Shown piece by piece: positions 35,882 to 45,181 of a DNA stretch of 64,000 nt. The notes beneath the pieces are model-generated. The model was not told where the DNA came from, searched no databases, and saw nothing but the letters and a program-made list of their open reading frames with translations. The DNA is from Thermoanaerobaculales bacterium (GTDB lineage: Bacteria; Acidobacteriota; Thermoanaerobaculia; Thermoanaerobaculales; Sulfomarinibacteraceae): NCBI GenBank assembly GCA_036351195.1, contig JAZBOQ010000143.1, positions 29,526 to 93,525 on the forward strand. Reading direction: 5' to 3'. A program made the position numbers and the translations under genes. How positions within the stretch are numbered: the stretch's first letter is position 1; the number at the start of each line of letters is the position of its first letter.

Positions 35882-38647
35882 ATGAGAGGCTATCGCTTGT
35901 TCTTCCATCGACCTGTATGTTCCGCTCTGTTTGCAGTCATTGCAGTCATTCCACTCGCCGCCGCCGGAACCGGCGACGACGTCTCGGCGTTGACGACTGC
36001 GACCCGGATTTCCAGTCTCGTCACCGATCCGGCTACGGGCAATCCCCAGTACCTCCGATTCGCAAGCGCGCCCCCGGCGAACGGGGTCGCCGACACGGCG
36101 GTGCGGGCACGATCCGTGCTGGTGGAGAACCGCGCAATCCTCGGCATCGACGACCCTGAGGCCCAGCTCCGGTTGGTCGACACCCGAACCGACCCCATCG
36201 GCGGCAATCAGGCCGTTTTTCAACAGGTCCATCACGGCCTCCCGGTCTTCGGGACGTTGATACGGGTGCACTTCGACTCTGCGGGAGCCCTGACGACCGT
36301 CAACGGATCATTCGTCTCGGAGATCGATCTCGATCCCGTGCCCCTGGTCGATGCTGCTGATGCCGAAACCTCGGCAACCCGAATCATGGCCAAGGAGGTC
36401 CGACGAGCCGCCGACGCGCTCGACGTGAACTCGGCCCGACTCCTCGTGTACCGCACCAATCTCGTCCGCGGCTTTCCCGGAGAGAACCACCTGGCCTGGG
36501 AGGTCGAGGTTGCCTGTCCTCCACACGTTCGCGAGGTTCTCTACATCGATGCTCACGACGGAGGTCTGCTCGACCGCCGATCAGAAATCCACCACCTCCA
36601 CCGTTCCATCCACCTCGGCAGCTACCCGCACGTCATCTGGTCGGAGGGAGACCCCCTGCCCTACGCCGACGCCAGCGTCCAGCGCGAGGCAGAGGTCAAC
36701 GAGCTCATCGCCGCAACCGGCGACGCCCACGCGCTCTTCCGCAACATCACCGGAGGCGCCTATCTGAGCTTCGACGGTGACGACGCCGTCATGAACGCGA
36801 TCTACGACGCCGACGACCTCGACTGCCCCAACGCCCAGGAGTCCAACGGCTTCACCGCCTACTGCACCGGCATGGTCAGCGACGACGTGGTGGCCCACGA
36901 GTGGACCCACGCCTACACCGAGTGGACCCACAGTCTCGTCTACCAGTGGCAGCCGGGAGCGCTCAACGAGGCCTACTCCGATATCTACGGTGAACTCGTC
37001 GACCTGATCAACGGCCGCGGAACCGACAGTCCGGGAGGTGTTCGGCCTCCCGAAAGCTGTTCGGTGTACGGAGGCAGCCCACGACCGGCCTTCTTCGTCA
37101 ACAGCCCGGCACCCTTGTCGGGGGCCTATCCCGTGGGTGGCGCGGTCTTCAATCCGCCCCAGCCGTGGACGGTCACCGCCGATGTCGAGCTGGTGGACGA
37201 CGGCAGCGGCCTTCCCAGCGATGCCTGCGAGACGATCGCGGGATTCACCCCCGGGTCCATCGCTCTCATCGACCGCGGCAATTGTTACTTTCGCGACAAG
37301 GTCGTCCGCGCCGCCGCCGCCGGCGCCGTCGGTGTCATCGTGATCAACAACCAGGGCGACGACATCATCGACATGGGCGGCGACCCCACCGCGGCTGGCA
37401 TCCCCGCCGTCTTCCTCGGTGGCGCCGACGGTGAGCGGCTCAAGGGCGCTCTCGACGGCGGCGTCAACGCCACCCTCACCCTCGACGGTTCGCTCACCGG
37501 GTCGTTCCGTTGGCTGATCGGGGAGGACACGGCCGAGCTCGGCGCCATGCGGGACATGTGGTCACCCACCTGTTTCGGCGATCCCGGCCGGGTCGGCAGC
37601 GGCAACTACCACTGCCACGAAACCGACAACGGCGGCGTCCACACCAACAGCGGCGTTCCCAACCACGCCTTCGCCCTGCTGGTCGACGGCGGCAGCTTCA
37701 ACGGCCGCACCATCGGGGCCATTGGCGCCACCCGCGCCGCCCGCATCTTCTGGCGCGCCATGTCCGTGTACCAGACGCCGGTGACCGGTTTTCGAGCCCA
37801 CGCCGACCTGCTCGAGGCATCCTGTCGCGACCTCATCGGGCAGCCGCTCTACGACCCGGCGACCGGGACGCTCTCGTCTGAGACGATCCGGCTGACGGAC
37901 TGCGACCAGGTCGCCGCGGCCATGGCCGCGGTGGAGATGAGAGACAACCCGGTGCAGTGCAACTTCGACACCCTTCTCGACGGCGAAGCGCCGCCACTGC
38001 CCGGCAATATCGTTGTCTTCTCGGAACTCTTCGACACCGATCCCGGCGACGCATGGGAGCTGAGCAACAGCGGCGTGTACCCGGAGTACTCTCCCAGGGA
38101 TTGGATCTGGACCGAGGAGACCCCCGGCGGCGACGGCGGCGCATTCTTCGCCCTGGACAGCGTCCGGATCGGGGACTGCCAACCCGGCAGCGACGACCAG
38201 AGCGGCGTCATGAGGCTCACCAGCCCACCAATCATCATCCCCCAGGGCACCATTGACTCGCTCCTGGCCTTCGACCACTGGATGGCTTCGGAGGCCGCCT
38301 GGGACGGCGGCAACGTCAAGCTCAGCGTCAACAACGGGCCCTTTTTCGCGATCCCGAGCTCGCAGTTCCTCCACAATCCCTACAACGCCAGGATCAACTC
38401 CTCCAACAGCAACCCGCTGGCGGGCGAGTGGGCGTGGACCGGAACCGACCAGGGAACCATGAGCGGCAGTTGGGGACAGACCCAGATCACGCTGGCGCCC
38501 CTGGTTCAGGCCGGCGACATCGTCTCCATCCGCTTCGATCTCGGCGTCGACGGCTGCAACGGCGCCCACGGGTGGTACGTGGACAACGTCAAGGTCCTCG
38601 CCACCGGGGCATCCGCGAGGCGTGGAGGCGGCCGGGTCACGCCGTAG
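35882..38647 (+). CDS. secreted M4 (thermolysin-like) metalloprotease with PA domain and C-terminal extension
   Basis: ATG 35882 followed by a signal peptide. Zinc motif VVAHEWTHAYTE plus GALNEAYSD. PA-like insert (IALIDRGNCYFRDKVVRAAAAGAVGVIVINN). Confidence 0.85.
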   Translation: MRGYRLFFHRPVCSALFAVIAVIPLAAAGTGDDVSALTTATRISSLVTDPATGNPQYLRFASAPPANGVADTAVRARSVLVENRAILGIDDPEAQLRLVDTRTDPIGGNQAVFQQVHHGLPVFGTLIRVHFDSAGALTTVNGSFVSEIDLDPVPLVDAADAETSATRIMAKEVRRAADALDVNSARLLVYRTNLVRGFPGENHLAWEVEVACPPHVREVLYIDAHDGGLLDRRSEIHHLHRSIHLGSYPHVIWSEGDPLPYADASVQREAEVNELIAATGDAHALFRNITGGAYLSFDGDDAVMNAIYDADDLDCPNAQESNGFTAYCTGMVSDDVVAHEWTHAYTEWTHSLVYQWQPGALNEAYSDIYGELVDLINGRGTDSPGGVRPPESCSVYGGSPRPAFFVNSPAPLSGAYPVGGAVFNPPQPWTVTADVELVDDGSGLPSDACETIAGFTPGSIALIDRGNCYFRDKVVRAAAAGAVGVIVINNQGDDIIDMGGDPTAAGIPAVFLGGADGERLKGALDGGVNATLTLDGSLTGSFRWLIGEDTAELGAMRDMWSPTCFGDPGRVGSGNYHCHETDNGGVHTNSGVPNHAFALLVDGGSFNGRTIGAIGATRAARIFWRAMSVYQTPVTGFRAHADLLEASCRDLIGQPLYDPATGTLSSETIRLTDCDQVAAAMAAVEMRDNPVQCNFDTLLDGEAPPLPGNIVVFSELFDTDPGDAWELSNSGVYPEYSPRDWIWTEETPGGDGGAFFALDSVRIGDCQPGSDDQSGVMRLTSPPIIIPQGTIDSLLAFDHWMASEAAWDGGNVKLSVNNGPFFAIPSSQFLHNPYNARINSSNSNPLAGEWAWTGTDQGTMSGSWGQTQITLAPLVQAGDIVSIRFDLGVDGCNGAHGWYVDNVKVLATGASARRGGGRVTP

Positions 38648-38664
38648 AGCGTCGCGAGGAGAAA

Positions 38665-38745
38665 GTTAGAAGGTGAGAAAGTCAGAAAGTACGCAGGACT
38701 GGAGCTCCCGAACCTTCTAACTCTCTCACCCTCTCACCTTCTAAC
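38665..38745. terminator. low-GC imperfect long hairpin between convergent genes
   Basis: GTTAGAAGGTGAGA (38665-38678) is the perfect complement of TCTCACCTTCTAAC (38732-38745). A second partial right arm, CCTTCTAAC, lies at 38713-38721. Confidence 0.5.
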
Positions 38746-39358
38746 CCTCGACCCTCGGCGGGACGACAACCCAGAACCATCCGCGCAGGTCGCCCTCGGC
38801 AAAGCCCACCGCCCGGTCGTCCGGGTAGCTCTCCGCGAGGGCGGCAGCCACGGTTGGGTCCAGGGACTCGGCGGGGCCGTGACAGGCCAGGCACGGCGGC
38901 GCGACCCTGATCGGGTGCATCACTCCGAGCTCGCCGGCAGGGCCGCGGAAGTAGGTCTTCTCGCCCGTCGCCTCCGCCACCGTCTGCTCGGCCCATGTCG
39001 GAGCGACGTTGCCGCTGTTGCGGAGCTTGTGGGAGGTTCGGCCGATGCCGAGGTCGTGCTTCTCGGACACGTCGACTGCAACCATCGGTGCGAGATCCCG
39101 GCACACGGTGACCGCTGACGCCGGCCCCCCCGCCTGGAGCTCTTTCTTGAGCTCACCCATGAGGGTGCCTGCCAACTCCTTCTGCGCTGCCTTGGCGCGC
39201 TCGAGCTGACCGACCTCAGTTGCACTCAGATCCGCTTCAGCCACCACCGTCCAGTCGGTTGCGGCCGCGCCCGACGCCACTGAATCGGCGCCCGGATCCC
39301 CCGCACCACATCCCCAGAGCTGCGCCACGCACACCAACACGATTCCGGTTCCTCGCAT
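38741..39358 (-). CDS. DUF3365-like lipoprotein with a c-type haem motif
   Basis: ATG 39358. Lipobox LWGC. Single CxxCH (PPCLACHGP). Overall pattern resembles DUF3365/Tll0287-like haem sensor domains. Confidence 0.65.
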   Translation of the reverse strand: MRGTGIVLVCVAQLWGCGAGDPGADSVASGAAATDWTVVAEADLSATEVGQLERAKAAQKELAGTLMGELKKELQAGGPASAVTVCRDLAPMVAVDVSEKHDLGIGRTSHKLRNSGNVAPTWAEQTVAEATGEKTYFRGPAGELGVMHPIRVAPPCLACHGPAESLDPTVAAALAESYPDDRAVGFAEGDLRGWFWVVVPPRVEG

Positions 39359-39440
39359 CTCAGCCCCCTTTTCCGCCACGTGCCACATTTCACAATCAGC
39401 TCCGATACAATTGTTTTACAAAGCTAATTCACTGATATCG

Positions 39441-39469
39441 TTGACAAATTAACCTAATGCTTATACAGT
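39441..39469 (+). promoter_or_regulatory. sigma-70-like promoter TTGACA-N17-TACAGT with no annotated downstream gene
   Basis: TTGACA at 39441-39446 and TACAGT at 39464-39469 with exactly 17-nt spacing, inside an AT-rich island in a GC-rich genome. Confidence 0.35.
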
Positions 39470-39654
39470 GACTCCCAGATGAATAGGGATTCATCCCGAG
39501 TTCATCAGATTCGTTCGATAAGCCCGTGTCAACAACCTACCAACCTATCCCCACATATTTCCCGCCAGAATCAACCCACCTTGCATCCCACCAACCACGG
39601 GCTTGGAACGAGTCTGTGCGGGAGTCCTCCCCCATCATCCCACAGTCCCGCTCG

Positions 39655-40308
39655 TCACCGCCCTTCGCCGAGCCAGCGGGCGCCGGCAAAACCAAGATGG
39701 GCGTGACTGTTCACCAGCCGAACCACCGGCCGAGAGCTCCAGTCCACAACGCTGACGGTTGCCGGATCGAGAAAGATCCTCGCCGCCGCGGTCAGCGGGA
39801 GACCCAGTGCGGCCAGCAGGAGGGTCTTGATCGGCCCCATGTGACTGACCAGTACGAGAGTGCTCCCCGAACGCGCACGAGTCAGGTCGTTCGCGAGGTT
39901 CACGACCCGCTCCTGAAGCTGGGCGAGGGACTCCCCTCCCGGCACCGGTAACGTCGGATCGGCCTCCCAGGCCTGCACTCGACGCCGGTCGCCCTCGCTG
40001 GTCGCCACCACCTCAGCACGCGACCGGCCGTCCCAATCGCCAAAGTCCAACTCGAGGAGGCGGACCTCGAGCTCCACAGCCAAACCGCCCGGGCCTGCGA
40101 TGGTCTGGGCGGTGTCCAACGCCCGCTTGAGCGGGCTCGAGATCACGGCGTCCACGGGGAGCTCCGAGAGCGCGACGGCCAAGGCTTCCGCTTGGCGTCT
40201 CCCGGCGTCCGTGAGAACGTCGTCCCGTCGCCCGAGATAACGGTAGCTGCGGTTGGCTTCCACCTCGCCGTGGCGAACGAGCACGAGCCGGGCCCAATCC
40301 GATCCCAT
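39655..40308 (-). CDS. histidine phosphatase family protein (phosphoglycerate mutase-like)
   Basis: ORF 39655..40371. LVLVRHGE catalytic motif near the N-terminus. The start could be 40308, 40326 or 40371. Confidence 0.75.
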   Translation of the reverse strand: MGSDWARLVLVRHGEVEANRSYRYLGRRDDVLTDAGRRQAEALAVALSELPVDAVISSPLKRALDTAQTIAGPGGLAVELEVRLLELDFGDWDGRSRAEVVATSEGDRRRVQAWEADPTLPVPGGESLAQLQERVVNLANDLTRARSGSTLVLVSHMGPIKTLLLAALGLPLTAAARIFLDPATVSVVDWSSRPVVRLVNSHAHLGFAGARWLGEGR

Positions 40309-40386
40309 GGGATGAGTATGGCACATGGATACAGGTCGAGATACACCATCCCAGAGAAGTTCGAGTAGCATCTCCGTGGAGGTTCC

Positions 40387-41310
40387 ATGATCCGGATCGA
40401 GGGCCTGAAGAAATCATTCGGTGAGCTGGCCGCCATCGACGACGTGTCCTTCGAGGTCCGAGACGGCGAAGTCTTTGGGCTCCTTGGCCCCAACGGCGCC
40501 GGCAAATCCACCACCATCAACACCATCTCCGGTGTCCTTCAGCCGGATGGCGGCCGAGTTCTCGTGGATGGCCGGGACATCTGGCTCGAACCGAAGGCCG
40601 TCAAATGCACCTTGGGCGTGGTGCCGCAGGAGATTTCGGTCTACGACGATCTCACCGCCCGCGACAACCTCTCCTTCTGGGGCTCTCTTTACGGTCTCCG
40701 GGGCGCCGAGCTCAAGGCCCGCATCGATGAGTCCTTGGAGCGCGTCGGGCTGACTCAACGAGCCGGGGATACGGTCAGGACGTTCTCCGGCGGTATGAAA
40801 CGCCGCCTCAATCTTTGTATGGGCCTTCTCCACCGGCCCAAGTTCCTCCTCCTCGACGAACCCACGGTAGGTATCGACCCGCAAGCACGGCTCACGATTC
40901 TCGACGTCATCCGCGAGGTCGCTTCGGCAGGCACCACGGTCCTCTACACCACCCACTACATGGAGGAGGCCGAGCGGCTCTGCGACCGGATCGCCATCAT
41001 CGACCACGGCAGGATTCTCGCCATCGGAACCCTGAGCGAACTCATCCGCCGGGCCGGCGAGGCAGAAGTACTCAGGGTGCGGGGAGACTTCACCGACGAC
41101 AGCCTCCGCGAACGCCTCCACCGCCTGTCCGGCATTCGGGTCCTGCGCGCCGAGGAGGACGCGGCGGTCCTCTCCATCGACACCGACGGACCCGGTCTGA
41201 TGAAGGTCCTGCCCGACGTCCTCGCTCTCGAGGTGGATGATGTGGCCATCCAACGGCCAAGTCTGGAGGGTGTCTTCATTGCTCTCACCGGCCGCGAGCT
41301 CCGCGACTGA
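40387..41310 (+). CDS. ABC transporter ATP-binding protein (ABC-2 exporter type)
   Basis: GGAGG SD. Walker A GPNGAGKST, signature FSGGMKRRL and Walker B LLLDEPT. Confidence 0.9.
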   Translation: MIRIEGLKKSFGELAAIDDVSFEVRDGEVFGLLGPNGAGKSTTINTISGVLQPDGGRVLVDGRDIWLEPKAVKCTLGVVPQEISVYDDLTARDNLSFWGSLYGLRGAELKARIDESLERVGLTQRAGDTVRTFSGGMKRRLNLCMGLLHRPKFLLLDEPTVGIDPQARLTILDVIREVASAGTTVLYTTHYMEEAERLCDRIAIIDHGRILAIGTLSELIRRAGEAEVLRVRGDFTDDSLRERLHRLSGIRVLRAEEDAAVLSIDTDGPGLMKVLPDVLALEVDDVAIQRPSLEGVFIALTGRELRD

Positions 41311-42566
41311 TGGCGATCGGCGCCCTCATCTGCCGCGACCTCAACCGCTATCGCCGCAATCCCGGTCGAACGGCTCTCCTCTTTGCCCTACCCCTCGTCA
41401 TGTCCGGTCTCTTCGCCCTCGTTTTCGGCGGCGGAGGTGGTGGAGACGTCTCGATCCGGGTTCTTCTGTGGGACGAGGACGACAGCCTGCTGACCATCCT
41501 CGCCGAGGGCGCCGCGGGCCGCAGCGGCGAGGCTGCCCGCCTGGATGTCATTCCGGTGGGCAGCGAAGGCCCGGACATGATGGAGAACGGCGAGGCATCG
41601 GCACTCCTCCACATTCCGGCAGGGTTCACCGATGCCTACCTGAAAGGGGAGCCCGCTACCCTCGGGGTCCTCAAGAACCCTGCGGAGCGGTTCCTTCCCA
41701 AGCTCGTCGACGAGGGGATCCACCTGGGCGCCGGGGTGCTCTCGGTGGGATCGAGAATGTTCCGCCCCGAGCTCGAGCAGATCGACGCCATGCGGAGGAC
41801 CGACGGATTCCCCTCCGATCCCGCTGTTGCAGCTCTCAGCACCGGCATCACCTCGAGGCTCTCCGAGCTCGAAGGTACCCTCTTCCCCCCCCTCATCGGG
41901 CTCGAGACACCGGAGCCCGACCAGCACCTCGATGCTGAGGACGATGAATCCAGCGCCACCCGCAGCGTTCTGGCGCTGTTCCTGCCGGGCTTCGCGGTCA
42001 TGGGCGTCCTCTTCATCGCCCAGAGCGCCACCCGGGACATCCTCCGCGATCGGGAGACCGGCCTGCTTCGCCATCTGCTCACCGCACCGGTGTCGCCGGT
42101 CGAGGTGCTTCTCGCCAAGTGTCTCACCGTCATTCTGGTGTGCGCGGTGGGGTTCATCGTGCTGATCGGGGTTGGCGCCGTGGTCGGGCTGTCGTGGGGG
42201 CCGCCCACCCCCGTCGCCGTCCTCGTGGCGGCGACCTCGGTGGCGGCATCGGGAACGCTGCTGCTGATCATGAGCCTCGTCGGCACCGAGCGCCAGGGCG
42301 ACGCCCTGACCACCATCGTCATCATCGTCTGGTCCCTGCTCGGGGGTGTGTTCATGCCCCTGTCTCAGATGCCCGCTTTCGTGAAACCCCTGTCGTCCAC
42401 GACCCTCACGTTCTGGGCGATCGACGCCTGCAACACCCTCATTCTCGACGACGGCAGCCTGAACGAGATCAGGCTCAATTTGGCGGTCCTCTTCGGTGTG
42501 GGGACCCTCTTTCTCCTGGCCGGCGCCGGGATTCTCGGCAGGCGGATCCGACGGGGAGGCGTCTGA
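41310..42566 (+). CDS. ABC-2 type transporter permease
   Basis: ATG overlaps the ATPase stop (TGATG). N-terminal TM, a large extracytoplasmic loop, then a C-terminal cluster of TMs. Confidence 0.75.
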   Translation: MAIGALICRDLNRYRRNPGRTALLFALPLVMSGLFALVFGGGGGGDVSIRVLLWDEDDSLLTILAEGAAGRSGEAARLDVIPVGSEGPDMMENGEASALLHIPAGFTDAYLKGEPATLGVLKNPAERFLPKLVDEGIHLGAGVLSVGSRMFRPELEQIDAMRRTDGFPSDPAVAALSTGITSRLSELEGTLFPPLIGLETPEPDQHLDAEDDESSATRSVLALFLPGFAVMGVLFIAQSATRDILRDRETGLLRHLLTAPVSPVEVLLAKCLTVILVCAVGFIVLIGVGAVVGLSWGPPTPVAVLVAATSVAASGTLLLIMSLVGTERQGDALTTIVIIVWSLLGGVFMPLSQMPAFVKPLSSTTLTFWAIDACNTLILDDGSLNEIRLNLAVLFGVGTLFLLAGAGILGRRIRRGGV

Positions 42567-43729
42567 TGCACCGCGTCACCGCCATCGCCCTGCACGACCT
42601 CAGGCTGGTCCTCACCGACCGCAGCGCGGTCATGTGGCTTTTTTTCCTGCCCATCGTCTTCGCCGGATTTTTCGGCCTCGTCACGCGCGGCGGCTCGGAC
42701 CCCACCAAGGCCGCCGCCCAGCTGCACGTATTGAATGCCGATGGCGGACCAGTGGCAGAGTTTCTCATCCAGGAGCTCGAGGGCGACGGCCTCTCGCTGG
42801 TTCCGGTGAACCCGGAGGAGATTGACCCCGACGCGCCCCCACTGCGAACCCTCACCCTGCCCGAAGGACTCTCCGAGGCGGTGTTCGCCGGCCGCAGGAG
42901 CGACCTCATGCTCGACGTTCAATCCGGCGCTTCTCCCGACGCCACGCTGGTCGCCCGGGCGCGGATCATCAAGGCTGTGGCCGCGTTTCTCGGACGTCTG
43001 GTCGAGCTCCGGGCCGAGCTCGCCGTGAACGAGGCCCCCAACGCCGGCGATCTCCTCGCCCACGAGTCGGATGAAGACCTCGTCCAGGTCGCGAGCCGCT
43101 TCGCCGGCGAGGCCCGGATCGCGCCCGGCGGATTCTCACAGTCGGTTCCCGGCATGGCGGTGATGTTCGTGATGCTGGTGGCGCTCACCTACGGCGCCGC
43201 GGCCGTCAGTGGTGAGCGCAGCACCGGGATGCTCCGGCGACTGGCGACCACCCCCGCCGGACGTTTCGAGATCGTCGCCGGCAAGATCGCCGGACGCCTG
43301 GTCATCGCCTGGCTCCAGATCACCATTCTCATCGTTGTCGCCCTTCTCGCCCGGACCTTCATCGGCATCGACACCGGCGGCAACCTCATGACGGCCTGGT
43401 TCATCCTGGCGGTCTTCGCCTTCGCCGTCGCGCCCCTGGGCGTCGCCCTCGGCGGCTGGATCGCTGATCCCGACCGGGCATCCAGTGTCGGCGTGATCGC
43501 CACCATGGTCATGGCGGCGCTGGGCGGATGCTGGTGGCCTTTGGAGGTCGTCTCCGAGCCTCTTCAACGACTGGCCCTCGCCCTGCCCTCGGGCTGGGCG
43601 ATGACCGCGCTCCACGACACCATCTCATTCGGCCGGAATCTCCCCGATGTCGTGCTTCCCATCGCGGTGCTGGCGGGCTTCGGCCTGATGCTCTCGGCCG
43701 TCGCGGCGAGGTTCCTCAGGTTCGACTGA
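42566..43729 (+). CDS. ABC-2 type transporter permease (second subunit)
   Basis: SD GGGGAGG plus ATG 42566 overlapping the previous stop. Same architecture as the first permease. Confidence 0.75.
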   Translation: MHRVTAIALHDLRLVLTDRSAVMWLFFLPIVFAGFFGLVTRGGSDPTKAAAQLHVLNADGGPVAEFLIQELEGDGLSLVPVNPEEIDPDAPPLRTLTLPEGLSEAVFAGRRSDLMLDVQSGASPDATLVARARIIKAVAAFLGRLVELRAELAVNEAPNAGDLLAHESDEDLVQVASRFAGEARIAPGGFSQSVPGMAVMFVMLVALTYGAAAVSGERSTGMLRRLATTPAGRFEIVAGKIAGRLVIAWLQITILIVVALLARTFIGIDTGGNLMTAWFILAVFAFAVAPLGVALGGWIADPDRASSVGVIATMVMAALGGCWWPLEVVSEPLQRLALALPSGWAMTALHDTISFGRNLPDVVLPIAVLAGFGLMLSAVAARFLRFD

Positions 43730-45125
43730 CCCCCGTCGGGCAGCACCTCACGATCACCATGGTGACGTCGTCGACCTGCTCCGCCTGCCCCTTGAAGTCC
43801 CAGACCTCGCGGAGAATGCGATCGCGGATCTCGTTGGCGGCTTCTCCGCCTTCGAGATCTTCCAGGAGGCGCTCGAGGCGGTCCCATCCGAACTGGTCAC
43901 CGGCGTCATTCACGGACTCGACCAGCCCGTCGCTGTAGATCACGAGCACATCGCCGGGATCGAGAGCCACCCGGTCCTCCCGATACTCGGCGTCGGCCAT
44001 CGCCCCGAGGGGGAATGAGCCCGCACCCACCTCATCGACGTTCCCGTCGCCGCGGCGCACCAGCACCGGAGGATGCCCGGCGGTGGACACCACCGCGCTG
44101 CGCTCGTCCCGGTCCAGGACCACCATGGCGAGGGTCATGTGCATGCGCGGCGCCGAGGTCCGCTTGAGCATCAGGTTCACCCGGTGAAAGACCGCGCCGG
44201 GGGACGCCATGTCGTCGCGCAGGAGGTTGAGGCTCGAGCGAACCCCGGAGAGAACCAGGCCACTGGCGACCCCGTGCCCGGTCACGTCGCCGACCACCAT
44301 GGCAATCCGGCCAGCGCCGAGATCGAAGTAGTCGTAGTAGTCCCCGCCGACCTCCGTGGCCGGAAGCGAAAGCGCCGCCACCTCGAGCCAATCCAGCTTC
44401 GGGGCCGACCGGGGCAGCATGCTGAGCTGGATCTCGCGCGCGTACTCGAGCTCCTGTTTCATCCGCAACCGATCTCGGTGGCGCGCCGACTCGGACCTCC
44501 AGCGCGTCAGAAAGCGCGCTTCCTGACGACGGCTCAGCGCCCACGAAAAGGTGAAGCAAACGGTGAACAGGACGGCGAGGAGCGCGAGGCTGAGAAACGG
44601 CGGCGACTGCCGCAGCACCAGGCTCTCCCCCACCAGTCGAACCGCCACCACCGCGAAAAGCGAGGCGAAGAGTGCGACCGTCTCCCCCGAGGCCAACCTG
44701 AATCGGGCCGCCACCATGGGAAAAACGACGAACCAGAAGCCGATACCGCCGGTGGCAGAGCCGTGAAAGATCTGCAGGACCACGAGGTGGCCGATGAGCA
44801 CCGCCGCCCCGATCTGGCGGATGTTGGCCGAGAGCCACGGCTTTCCCCTCTGCCGAATGAGCAGCAGGTCTCCCACCACCACCAGGCCGGCCACGACTCC
44901 GCGAGTCACAGCACCTGAGCTGAACATCGTCACGGCGTAGATGGCCATGACGCATGCGAGCACCCAGAGGGTGAATGCCAGGCGGCGAGCATTGGTCACG
45001 TCGAAAAAGGCGTCCAGAGCAACCCGCTCGCCAGCCAGCAATTCGTCGTCGCTCACCGGCAGGCCCTCCGGATCAATCGTCGATGCCGGGCCGATGCCGT
45101 CGAACCGTGTCTTCAGGTCGGTCAT
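43716..45125 (-). CDS. membrane-anchored PP2C/SpoIIE-family protein phosphatase
   Basis: ORF 43716..45125. N-terminal multi-TM region followed by GGDYYDY, DVTGHGVASG and YSDGLVE motifs. Confidence 0.85.
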   Translation of the reverse strand: MTDLKTRFDGIGPASTIDPEGLPVSDDELLAGERVALDAFFDVTNARRLAFTLWVLACVMAIYAVTMFSSGAVTRGVVAGLVVVGDLLLIRQRGKPWLSANIRQIGAAVLIGHLVVLQIFHGSATGGIGFWFVVFPMVAARFRLASGETVALFASLFAVVAVRLVGESLVLRQSPPFLSLALLAVLFTVCFTFSWALSRRQEARFLTRWRSESARHRDRLRMKQELEYAREIQLSMLPRSAPKLDWLEVAALSLPATEVGGDYYDYFDLGAGRIAMVVGDVTGHGVASGLVLSGVRSSLNLLRDDMASPGAVFHRVNLMLKRTSAPRMHMTLAMVVLDRDERSAVVSTAGHPPVLVRRGDGNVDEVGAGSFPLGAMADAEYREDRVALDPGDVLVIYSDGLVESVNDAGDQFGWDRLERLLEDLEGGEAANEIRDRILREVWDFKGQAEQVDDVTMVIVRCCPTGVSRT

Positions 45126-45181
45126 CGCCGGTCATTCTACGCGAACCGCCTCAAACCTTGGATCTTGAGCTATCATGCGCC

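Noticed and set aside
39369-39385. TGGCACG upstream of the DUF3365 gene as a sigma-54 promoter for the nearby giant activator
   Set aside because: The -12 element is missing: the sequence reads TGGCACG-TGGC-GGAAA instead of TGGCACG-N4-TTGCW. The motif also sits only ~27 nt from the ATG, overlapping the SD.
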